Source: Ginkgo biloba (taxonomy: Eukaryota > Plantae > Ginkgophyta). Taken from it: a stretch of 18,399 bases of DNA. The first letter of the stretch is position 1; the number at the start of each line of letters is the position of its first letter. Positions 1 through 9,318 of the stretch are shown here, one piece after another. The stretch is taken from the NCBI GenBank assembly GCA_024626585.2, contig JANKJI020000002.1, positions 170,502,226-170,520,624 on the forward strand. Direction: 5' to 3'. Below the pieces are notes generated by a model. That model did no database searches. It worked only from the letters and a program-made list of their open reading frames with translations, and was not told where the DNA came from. Both the position numbers and the translations under genes were made by a program.

Positions 1-3000
1 ACTCCTAAAATTGAGGAGCGGTGGAGGCTATTCGAATTCCTATTTCCTGCTACATGGGACCGCGCTCTTAGTCCCTTCCCAAAGGGAGGGATATAGAATT
101 CGCATATTTGACCCTTACTATCTCTTAATGGCATATTACTAATCATTGGCATATTTTTTTATCTTTCTATTCAACAATGTCTTAAAAGAGGGAAGGAACT
201 CTCTGTCGCATGGATATATATAAAGTTGTGTTGACATGTGAACCTTTCTTAAATGTATGAATCTGAAACGAGAAAAATATTTATAATCATATAGTAACCT
301 TGCTAATTTTTGTGACTTTACGAAATAAACAATCAATCACATATTGCCTTTAGATTTCATATATATGTACAACTCTAGGCAGTAGTCATGCATATCATTG
401 GCCATATATCATTAATTTCAAGTTAGATTAAAAAGGCACAACTACAAAATGGAGTCACAATAGCACCTCTTTGTAATAAGAAACAAGAAATAGTTAGCAT
501 AATAAAGAGCGATGTATTTATATGAAATCATCAAGCACAAGTTTTTTTATATAATTTTTCTTCTATGCTATAAGTTACACCACAAGATATGTATATTGGG
601 ATGCCACATAAGTCATTGTCTTGCAATGTTTGACCTAGTGACCTACACAATGATATATGGCAATGTTACAAGAAAACATTGATTCACAATATACTTTTAT
701 AATATATGAGACTAAATTTTGGTTATGTAGAAAATAATCTACAAATGTCAACAATGTTTATTACATTGTTTGCTAATATTAGGCAACCATTTTTAAATGC
801 ATCTTTTAATGCATGGGAAAAGGTCTAATTAAGTATGACAAACTTAAAGATTTAAAAATATGGCATTTTGTATGAAGATAATGTACACATAGCCAAAACA
901 CCTTCACCCTTTTATTATTATTTTGAAAATGGCATTTACTAATGTGACATGCATGAATATATATATTATATAGACATAAGATATCCATCAATTTTATAAA
1001 ATGATTGAATTAGGGAAAAAGCCTCGGAAAAAAAGAGAGCTAAGAATACGAGNNNNNNNNNNNNNNNNNNNNNNNNNNNNNNNNNNNNNNNNNNNNNNNN
1101 NNNNNNNNNNNNNNNNNNNNNNNNNNNNNNNNNNNNNNNNNNNNNNNNNNNNNNNNNNNNNNNNNNNNNNNNNNNNNNNNNNNNNNNNNNNNNNNNNNNN
1201 NNNNNNNNNNNNNNNNNNNNNNNNNNNNNNNNNNNNNNNNNNNNNNNNNNNNNNNNNNNNNNNNNNNNNNNNNNNNNNNTCATAATTTCAAGTCATCTCA
1301 TTTTCTTCCATATTTCTAAGGATGTTATATTGACTTATGAACCAAAGTCAACTACAACATATTTAATTTTAATTCCTCACACACTTCACATTGTGTTTAT
1401 TTCATAAACTCATAGCCTAAAAATTCAGTCAGGTTGGCCCTCACAAAATATATTTTTATTTACAATAGCGACATGTATCACGAAAAATCAAGTTTGGTGA
1501 ATAGAAGAATTCTCATAATGCACTAACAATACATGAAGATCATTTTTGTATAAATTAATTTTACAGTTGATAATATGAAGTCCACTTTTGTATATCTTAA
1601 TCATTGAATTTAGTCATAGGAAATCCAATCAACTTTAAGAAACGTCAACTTGAATCTTAGTACTCCAAATATTCTAAAATCTTAACCTTTCTAGAGTATT
1701 TTGAAAGTTATTGGAAGATTGCAAGTGTATGAAGATCCACAAGGATCCACAAGTACTAACATGACTAGATTATTTGAAGATTGCAAACATGTAATAATCT
1801 AATGAATTTCTATGATCATCAACTGACTATACGTAAAAGTGTTGATCGTACGCCCATATTCAATTATAACTGTAAGCTTGCACTTATGGACTTAAGACTA
1901 GGAGGTTATTTTACCTTATAATTATTAGTGGTATTGGTGAGCATTAGTGGAATGGCATGTCTAAGCATAATCTATTTACTTATATTGAATTAATTTATCA
2001 TCACATGACCTAATAAACTTCATTTAAAAGGTGTTCAAGTAATCTTAATGAGTCCTTTAAAAAATATATAAAATTTGAGGTATCTCAATAATTGAAGGAA
2101 GACTCTTATAAGAAATAATTTTATTAGCCTATACTAGTCCTTCCTGATGGCAGATAATTGCCAAGTGGTAACAAGATCACGTGACCACTTTTCCTTTATA
2201 TTTTAGAAAGGCATTTCTAGTGCTTTTAGCCCTTAAATGGCATATAAGTCATAGTTACTTTAACAATTTCAACTCAGGGTTAAAATATGAAACATTATAT
2301 TTATTGAAAGCTTTCTAAACATATAATTTTATAAAATATATAGTGTCATTTTCTCATAATTTTTATTGTGAAAAAAATAAAATGTGAGTCAAATTTCTTC
2401 GTAAAATACACCCCTTGAGTAATGACATTGTTTACCCTATTAAATATTAATATTNNNNNNNNNNNNNNNNNNNNNNNNNNNNNNNNNNNNNNNNNNNNNN
2501 NNNNNNNNNNNNNNNNNNNNNNNNNNNNNNNNNNNNNNNNNNNNNNNNNNNNNNAAAGCCTTCAGGGCATTGTTGGAAACCTTCACAAGGCCTTCTGGGG
2601 TAAGATAAATGAAGGAAAAAGTCTAGTCTATGTATTGAACAACTCCTAGAGGTTGCAAAATAGAATATGTAGGTTGCCAGGGTTTTAATGGGTTGACTTT
2701 GACAATCCAATAAAATATCTTAAAGCCCCTCTGTCCCCTTTAGTGTTGAAAGAGAAGGATTGGACTACCATGATTTAGAAGTTTAGGAGAAGGATTGAGG
2801 GGTGGTCCTTTGTCTGGTTGACCATGGCAGGGAAGGTGACTCTAATCAAGTTGGTACTTGCTTATTTTATAGTGTTTCTTTTTTCCTTTCTGGCAGCTCC
2901 AAAAGGAGTCTTGGCAAATTTTAAGAAAATCATGCAGTCATTTCTATGGAAGGGAGGAAAGGATAAACATAGAATCCATCTAGTGAGTTGGTCCTCTTTA

Positions 3001-3685
3001 TATAGAGAAAAATAAAAAGGAGGTTTGGGCATTAGGAGCTTGGGATATATGGCAATAACCTTCGGAACAAAACAGGCCTAGAGGTTGGGGACATGATCTT
3101 CAACCTTGTGGAAAGATCTACTTTTGATTATGTACTATGGCGGTATCGCTAGGAAAGATTTCCTACATCATTCAAACCATTATAACCATGGCTCTATTCT
3201 CTAGAGAAACATTCTTTAGGGGTTTGCCCCTGATTCGAGATCATCTTTCCTGGATCCCAAGGAATGGGAAGGAAATAGTCATATTTGATGAAAGCGTTTA
3301 GGGGTCTAAACCTTTGAGGGAGGAGGCAGACTTGGGATAATTGAGAGATTGGTTTTTGAGCAGAGGAAGTTAGAGAATGAAAGATTTTGTCAAANNNNNN
3401 NNNNNNNNNNNNNNNNNNNNNNNNNNNNNNNNNNNNNNNNNNNNNNNNNNNNNNCCTAGAAAGATCCAAAGGATTAGCCTAAGTTCCCAAGGTACCTCAA
3501 GCTTTCTTATTAGACAATGCTTGAATGTTTGGTTGGGATAGATCCCTTCCTCTCTAAGGAGGAGGATAGACTAGCCTGGGTGGGCATATCAGGGCAATGT
3601 GAGTATTCAGTCAAAGGAGGATTTGAAGTGATTTAGAAAGAAAGTGGAATAAGCCTAGACATGATTTGGAAAATCTTATGGAAAA

Positions 3686-4207
3686 TTGCCAGGACTGTCG
3701 AAGGTAAAATTGTTTGTGTGCTTGGTCCTTCATAATGTGATACTCACATGCGACAACCTAATGAGAAGAGGTTTCCAGGGTCCAACAAGATGTCCCTTCT
3801 ACGAATGCCAAGAAGAAACAATTCCCCATCTATTTTTAGATTGTAGTCTTAGCAGGAAGGTGTGGAATGAGGCCATTATCCAATTTGGAGGCAGGCAGGG
3901 AGAAGAGGTTTGTGAAACCCATATTGTTGAGACTTTAGTGAAGTGGAATAGGAAGGCTAAGGTAATGAGAAGGTCGGGTCCTAGGCATCTGTTGAAGTTG
4001 ATGTTAGCTTTCCTCAAGTTTATTTTATGGTCATTATGGCTAGAACAAAATAATGTCATCTTTAACAATAAAAGACCATTCATAGAAAGAGTGGTAAGAG
4101 GAGCTAAGAAGTTGATAGGGGAGTACATTTTGGTCTTGAATATTAAGGATGAGAAGATTGGGTGGTTGGACAGTAGAGAGAGCCTGTGGTCTTGGGAGGA
4201 GTTAGTT
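3686..4207 (+). pseudogene. LINE ORF2 fragment: zf-RVT zinc-binding domain and the following WxxWxxRNxxIF region
   Basis: KVKLFVCLVLHNVILTCDNLMRRGFQGPTRCPFYECQEETIPHLFLDC matches the zf-RVT pattern (KVKxFxW...TxDxLxxRG...CxxC...ETxxHLFxxC). It is followed by ILWSLWLEQNNVIFN. Confidence 0.88.
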
Positions 4208-4699
4208 NNNNNNNNNNNNNNNNNNNNNNNNNNNNNNNNNNNNNNNNNNNNNNNNNNNNNNNNNNNNNNNNNNNNNNNNNNNNNNNNNNNNNNNNNNNNN
4301 NNNNNNNAAATGGCTCCTCATCTATTTTTAAATTGTAGTCTTAGCAGGAAGGTGTGGAATGAGGCCATGATCCTATTTGTAGGCAGGCAAGGAGAAGAGG
4401 TTTGTAGAACCCATATTGCTAATAATTTAGCAAAGTGGAATAAAAAGGCCAAGGTGATGAGCAGGTCAGATCCTAGGCATCTATTGAAGCTAAGGCTAGC
4501 TTTCCCCAAGTTAATTTTGTGGTCATTATGACTATAACGAAACAATGTTATCTTTAACAATAAAAGACCATTATCATAAAGAGTGGTAAGAGGAGCTAAG
4601 AAGCTGATAGGGGAGTGCATTTTGGTCTTGAAGATTAAGGATGAGAAAATCGGGTGGTTAGGAAATAGAGAGAGCTTGTAGTCTTGGGAGGAGTTAGTT
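3818..4699 (+). repeat. Direct duplication of ~390 bp within the LINE (3818-4207 and 4308-4699), separated by a 100-N gap
   Basis: CATCTATTTTTA occurs at 3827 and 4319, and TCTTGGGAGGAGTTAGTT ends at 4207 and 4699 (constant offset 492). About 26 mismatches in the first ~190 bp by eye. Confidence 0.93.
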
Positions 4700-4790
4700 G
4701 CAATATCCTAGAAAAAAGGAGAATAGACCCTATAGAGGTGGGAAGAAGGAAAGATTCCTCCAATTACATCTTGAGAAAGATGAGAGTGTG

Positions 4791-5161
4791 TTCTTATTTG
4801 ATGGGGCCTTGAAAAATAATTCGAGGTAGGTGGGACTGGGAGGCATTATTTTGATCTTGAATCTCAACATCAAAGTCTCTTTTTGGGAAGGTACANNNNN
4901 NNNNNNNNNNNNNNNNNNNNNNCTAAAGCCCCCAAAAAAGGATTGAGAATCCTTTTAGAGAAGGGAGTTGGGAGAGTCGTGATTCTCAATTAATAATAAA
5001 CTTGGTGCTCCACAAATGGGTGTGCAATAATCTGGGCTTGATAAGGATAGTTGAGGAAATAAAGTATACTCTCCAATTTTTTGAAGGCTGGGAGATTGAT
5101 CATCTGGAGAGGAAGTGGAATGTGTGGGTAGATTCCATGGCTAAGTAAGGTGCAAAGGAAG
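4791..5161 (+). pseudogene. RNase H-like domain of plant LINE ORF2 (degenerate)
   Basis: FLFDGALKNNSR*VGLGGII starts at 4791 (cf. NFDGASKGNPGxAGxGG). WEIDHLERKWNVWVDSMAK*G ends at ~5161 (cf. HVxREGNxxADxLAKxG). Confidence 0.85.
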
Positions 5162-5624
5162 GAGAAGGCAACTCATATGTTTCATAAGGGACCCTTGGGT
5201 TGAAGTAGAATTCTATTCTATTTTCTTTCACAGAGGGGAACGAAGTAGGAGTAGAGGACCAAATCAAAATGCAGATAAATTTTAGTTGGGCCACTGAGTC
5301 AAGAGGGAATCGATCAGATACCCCATCATTTGGATAGAGACCTAGACAGAGGGATGTAATAGTAATCACAATTACTGGAAATTAGGGGCATAATAGAGGG
5401 TACTTAGGTCCAAGTGCTGAGGAAGCTCCAGTGATAACATGCAGCAATAATTTTAGAGGTTAGACCTTACATACATATTATAGGTTTAAACTTCTTAAAT
5501 TAGCGTTATTGGTGGTCCAGGTCAATAGGAATCTTTGACTTGTATAAAGGCACATGATTGTCTAAGCAATTAACGCCTCTTCTCTATCCTTGTAGCAAAT
5601 CAACGCCAAAACCTTAGGGTGATA

Positions 5625-5674
5625 GGCGTCATGTATTTTATGTATTTTCTATAGTCCATAAATTTTTTACCTTT
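5625..5674 (-). pseudogene. Possible short Ty3/Gypsy RT N-terminal fragment
   Basis: KGKKFMDYRKYIK resembles KKDGxxRxCxDYRxLNK. It is on the same strand as, and in the expected order after, the pol remnant interrupted at 11727. Very short. Confidence 0.3.
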
Positions 5675-5774
5675 NNNNNNNNNNNNNNNNNNNNNNNNNN
5701 NNNNNNNNNNNNNNNNNNNNNNNNNNNNNNNNNNNNNNNNNNNNNNNNNNNNNNNNNNNNNNNNNNNNNNNNNN

Positions 5775-6124
5775 CAGTTCTCCTTATGTCTTTGGCTAAC
5801 CATGTCGGTCCTTACTTCACTGACGCATGTATGATGGTTGCCTCACCGATGGTGTCGGTTCTCTACCTCACTGATGAGGTTGATCTTGTCACTCGCCGAT
5901 GGTGTTGGATAATACCCTTGCTGACAAGGTCAGATAACACCTCCATCGATGATGTCGGTGTGCTGCCTCACCAACAACGTCTATTTTCTACTCCATCGAC
6001 AGTGTCAATTTTCCCTTGGCAGATGACGGTGTCAGCCCACCTTATCCATCTACCAATGTTGTCAGTTTAGCCTCGGCCGACGGTGTCGGCCAGCCACTCA
6101 ACTTCTAGGGATGCTCCTGCATCA
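5775..6124 (-). mobile_element. 3' LTR (U3 start) of non-autonomous LTR element A; distal end lost in gap 5675-5774
   Basis: On the minus strand it begins TGATGCAGGAGCATC at 6124, 2 nt after a polypurine tract. This start is a near inverted repeat of the LTR end CCTACATCA at 6487 and matches the LTR starts at 9177 and 11726. Confidence 0.8.
5796..6091. repeat. ~25-bp-period degenerate array of palindromic CCGAC-N3-GTCGG units (~12 copies)
   Basis: Cores at ~5796, 5820, 5846, 5871, 5896, 5921, 5946, 5971, 5996, 6023, 6053 and 6077. The best copy is GGCCGAC-GGT-GTCGGCC (6075-6091). Confidence 0.75.
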
Positions 6125-6126
6125 AA

Positions 6127-6139
6127 CTCCCCTTCTTTC
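6127..6139 (-). promoter_or_regulatory. Polypurine tract (PPT) of element A
   Basis: Minus strand GAAAGAAGGGGAG, then TT, then the LTR start TGATGCAGG. Confidence 0.8.
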
Positions 6140-6473
6140 AAAATACATGAGATCCTGCTCATGGGTTGCTTCCTCCATGGATGCCCTTGGCTTCCTTCAT
6201 ACTCTACCTTTAATAATTCTATCATTGCTACTGTATCTCCAGGATCTAAACTCTCAATACCCATTATTACCCTACTCTGTAACTGTGCTCTGATCTGCAC
6301 CCTAAAATTATGCTCTGACACTGCACTACCACTGAACTCAGATTCCACTTTAATAACTGAACTCTGTTCTGCTGGCTAAAATTTATGCTCTGAATCATCT
6401 CTAATCCTTGGCTTTCATAATCTGATCTTAGGTTTTGACATTCGGTCTCTGCATTTTGATATTCTATTTTTGG

Positions 6474-6485
6474 GCTCTGATACCA
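6474..6485 (-). promoter_or_regulatory. Primer binding site, tRNA-iMet type (element A)
   Basis: Minus strand ...CCCTACATCA-A-TGGTATCAGAGC: the canonical plant iMet PBS, 1 nt after an LTR-terminal CA. Confidence 0.92.
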
Positions 6486-6486
6486 T

Positions 6487-7418
6487 TGATGTAGGGAAGA
6501 GGAGGGTGGCTTGGGCGACATAAAAAAAAATATATTCACTTTTCAAAAAAAAATTTTGTCGTTCATGTTCTGCAGCTTTCGCCCGACATCGGTCAGTGGC
6601 CGACGAAGTCGGTGGGAACCCAAGTCGGTCGTTGGTGTCGTCAACCACCACTGACAAAGTCCCTGATCGACGGGCGTCGATCCTACACTTTTCACTACCC
6701 NNNNNNNNNNNNNNNNNNNNNNNNNNNNNNNNNNNNTACAAAAATCTCAACCATGCCAATGAAGTCGACACTCTCAACTTAGCATCGTCGTTGTTCAGCT
6801 CACCGACCACCCACAGGAAACACATAAATTCACTTGCATGATCTACATAACTAAAATCATAATTAAAACATTCATACAAGGAAAATATGCTCAATGACAC
6901 ACTATATTTTTAACTGGAGAAGCCCTCTCAGGGAATAAAAATCCAGATGCATTAAGCTCTATAAGGCAATAATACATTACAACAGCCACACAGGCTTTTC
7001 CCAATTACCACACAAGCTTACAAATATTGTATGCATTGCCAATCAGGGTCTTTGGTGGAATTACACATCGCCTAATCTCATCCGACTGCCTCTCTTAGCA
7101 GTCTGTCAGAAATCACTGTTGGTTGGTGGAATTGCCCCTCGCCATGCTCTGACTTCCTCTTTGGCTCGTTAAGGCCATCTCATCTAACTACCTTTATCGG
7201 TGNNNNNNNNNNCTGTCGAGAATCACTGTTGGTCATCCGACTATCTCTCTCAATGGTTCTATCAGGAATCACTGTCGGTCGATTTACCCATCGCCATGCT
7301 CTGACTTCCTCTCTGGCTCGCTAAGGCCATCTCATCCGACTACCTCTATCATCGATTCTGTCGAGAATCACTCTGCGCTGCCTCAGTCGGTGCATCTTCT
7401 CGTCATACATAAAATCCA
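6487..7418 (-). mobile_element. LTR upstream of PBS A (R/U5 portion); runs into gap 7419-7518
   Basis: Ends CCCTACATCA immediately before the PBS, is non-coding, and carries a tandem array related to the one in the LTR at 9319-11726. Confidence 0.78.
7050..7372. repeat. Higher-order tandem repeat (~153-bp period built from ~45-bp subunits) inside the LTR
   Basis: CATCCGACT(A/G)-type subunits ending ...AATCACT start at 7079, 7181, 7234 and 7333. CGCCATGCTCTGACTTCCTCT occurs at 7140 and 7292. Confidence 0.8.
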
Positions 7419-7518
7419 NNNNNNNNNNNNNNNNNNNNNNNNNNNNNNNNNNNNNNNNNNNNNNNNNNNNNNNNNNNNNNNNNNNNNNNNNNNNNNNNNN
7501 NNNNNNNNNNNNNNNNNN

Positions 7519-9177
7519 TGGCTTACTCCTCAAGCCCCACAGGTATGTAATCACACCCTCAAGCTCTATTGGTTGTCCCTGCCTGGTGTTTTCCCACGTC
7601 TCTCCACACACACTAGCTTGGATGCTCAATTCATCTTTCATACTAGGTCTAGGGTTCAAATTCCCCCATACTGTTCTTTATTCCCACCATCAAATGGATC
7701 CCATAACTTTGTTCGTGGCTCAAGTGCTTATATTCCATCATTTAACACCTCAAAATCCTTAGTATAGTTGACCAAAGTTCCATCACGGTGCCCACTCCCT
7801 GATTCCTCCTTTGGATGGCTCCCAAAGCACTTTTGATGGTTTCCATTCTTCAAATCCATGGCACTCTCTCTATCCTTCAAACTTGATCAACACTTTTGGT
7901 CACTAACAGGGGAACCACCCACTTGATGGAAAAACCCACTATTCTCCCCAACGAATCCCCCATTTCAATAATGAAACCCATTCTCCTTTGCGCTCTGGGA
8001 TTTTAATTCCCGATCTTCAAATGGATAGGTGCCAATGGCTATGGCACCAACAACTCTTCTCAGATCAACGATCAGGTTAGGTGGAAAGACCCCTGCAATG
8101 ACCATAATCACTTATTGCTATGCGATGACTCTCTACGAGCTTTGCCTTCTTCTTCCCCTAGTCTAGGTTCAATCTCCATAGTCGCCAGGTAGGCATAATA
8201 ATAATGATGCCACCTCCAACATTAACTTCTCATGCATATTACTCCTGACCTCATTAATGGCATGTGCCTTCCATAATAAATACGCCTCTAAGGGACCAAG
8301 TTTATTCCTCGTTAGGTTCACTATGTCAGACATTTTTGGAGTGCGTCCCTCATTAAAAACTCTAATTCTCGATCATGCGGTGGCTTGATGTCCACTTTCC
8401 ACCCTTTAATCCACACAAACTTCAAAATTATATTTTATAAATCATCAGGTTTTCTTAGTCGGGCTTCTAGAAGGGTGTAGGTGCGACTCACAACCGTAAC
8501 CTTGACTCCTCAATCTTTGATTAGACTCAATTTAATTTCTCTATCAGCTTTGTGGGTTTAAGAGCCCACCTTCCAATGTCTTAAGTGCCAACCTCTAACC
8601 TTATGATCCCCGATAACCTAATTAGCTCATATTTTATAATCTATCGAGTCTGCAGGGCATGTATGGATGGTACCTTTTCCTTTGAGTCTCTAAGAACTTC
8701 GATCCCTGATACCCAGCTTCTCACTTTCTTGCTAAGTGTTAAATGAGCCTAATTCCATAACGCTTTGGGTCCACAAGGATTAAGTGATCTACTCTAAATC
8801 CCTGGTGCCAATCTCATATTTATCGATCCCTAATCTCAGATTAACTTTTTAACCTGTTAGGTCCATAGGATATAATGCCTTCCTCCTAATGCTCCTTGTG
8901 CCAACCTCCTACCCCCCGATTAAGTATACTTTACAATCTTTTAGGTTCATGGGGTTTTCACTAGTGGATGACTTCCTTCTAATGAAGAGGGGCCTAATCC
9001 CCCAACCAACAAAACACCCAACTGCTTACACCGGCCCATTATTCTGCGCAAAATAACTCTACTACCTCTTATTCGCCCAGGCCAAACTGTAAAAAATACA
9101 AGCCGCCATGCCAACCTCATTTTTTTACACCAAAAGTGAGCACACTGATAGGGTGCTACCAAGATGCTCCTGCGTCA
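7519..9177 (-). mobile_element. 3' LTR of non-autonomous LTR element B (truncated at gap 7419-7518)
   Basis: Minus-strand start TGACGCAGGAGCATCTTGGTAGCACC lies directly after a PPT. 7519-8760 aligns with 10100-11340 (offset ~2580; ~87% identity by eye over the first 150 bp, mostly transitions). Confidence 0.88.
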
Positions 9178-9190
9178 TCCTCCCTTTCTT
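9178..9190 (-). promoter_or_regulatory. Polypurine tract (PPT) of element B
   Basis: Minus strand AAGAAAGGGAGGA abuts the LTR start TGACGCAGG. Confidence 0.85.
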
Positions 9191-9304
9191 ACAAAAACAC
9201 ATGAGCTCCTACTCATGGGTTGGTTCTTCTCTTCTATGCTCCACTAAGGCATGTATGATTTATGCCATCGGTGCTCTATCAATGCTCTCATTCTTCTTTC
9301 CTTT

Positions 9305-9316
9305 GCTCTAATACCA
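9305..9316 (-). promoter_or_regulatory. Primer binding site, tRNA-iMet type with one mismatch (element B)
   Basis: Minus strand ...GCTACATCA-TC-TGGTATTAGAGC (canonical TGGTATCAGAGC with one C>T change). Confidence 0.85.
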
Positions 9317-9318
9317 GA

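Larger units (their letters stand above)
2555..5161 (+). mobile_element. Degenerate L1-clade LINE retrotransposon, ORF2 3' part (RT C-terminus, zf-RVT, RNase H); stops and frameshifts
   Basis: Plant LINE ORF2 motifs in the expected order: LLETFTRPSG..INEGKS (~2570-2625), KYLKAPL (~2712; cf. KYLGxPL), LTMAGKVTLIKLVL...FLWKGGKDKHRIHLVSW...KGGLGIR (2818-3040), zf-RVT, ILWSLWLEQNNVIF and an RNase H domain. Confidence 0.92.

Noticed and set aside
966-1285. ORFs spanning N runs (here and at most other gaps)
   Set aside because: Artefacts of translating N's.
1709-1790. Short direct repeats (GATCCACAAG x2; TATT(G/T)GAAGATTGCAA x2)
   Set aside because: Small local duplications with no further structure.
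2178-2183. G-box CACGTG
   Set aside because: A single hexamer with no associated gene; expected by chance.
3799-4620. Two similar minus-strand ORFs (109 and 100 aa)
   Set aside because: Antisense shadows of the duplicated LINE segment.
5796-6091. CRISPR-like repeat-spacer array
   Set aside because: Cores are 13 bp and degenerate, linkers are only ~12 bp, there are no cas genes, and the context is a eukaryotic LTR.
6067-6348. 93-aa minus-strand ORF as gag
   Set aside because: No gag motifs, and it reads through the PPT into the LTR; a chance ORF.
7519-8760. Duplicated 1.25-kb block as a duplicated protein-coding gene
   Set aside because: No long shared ORF or recognisable domain; explained as paired LTRs.
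9148-9166. TGGTAGCACC (minus strand, also at ~11701-11710) as an unusual PBS
   Set aside because: It lies ~17 nt inside the LTR start defined by the PPT and TG terminus, so it is LTR sequence. The real PBS is at 9305-9316.
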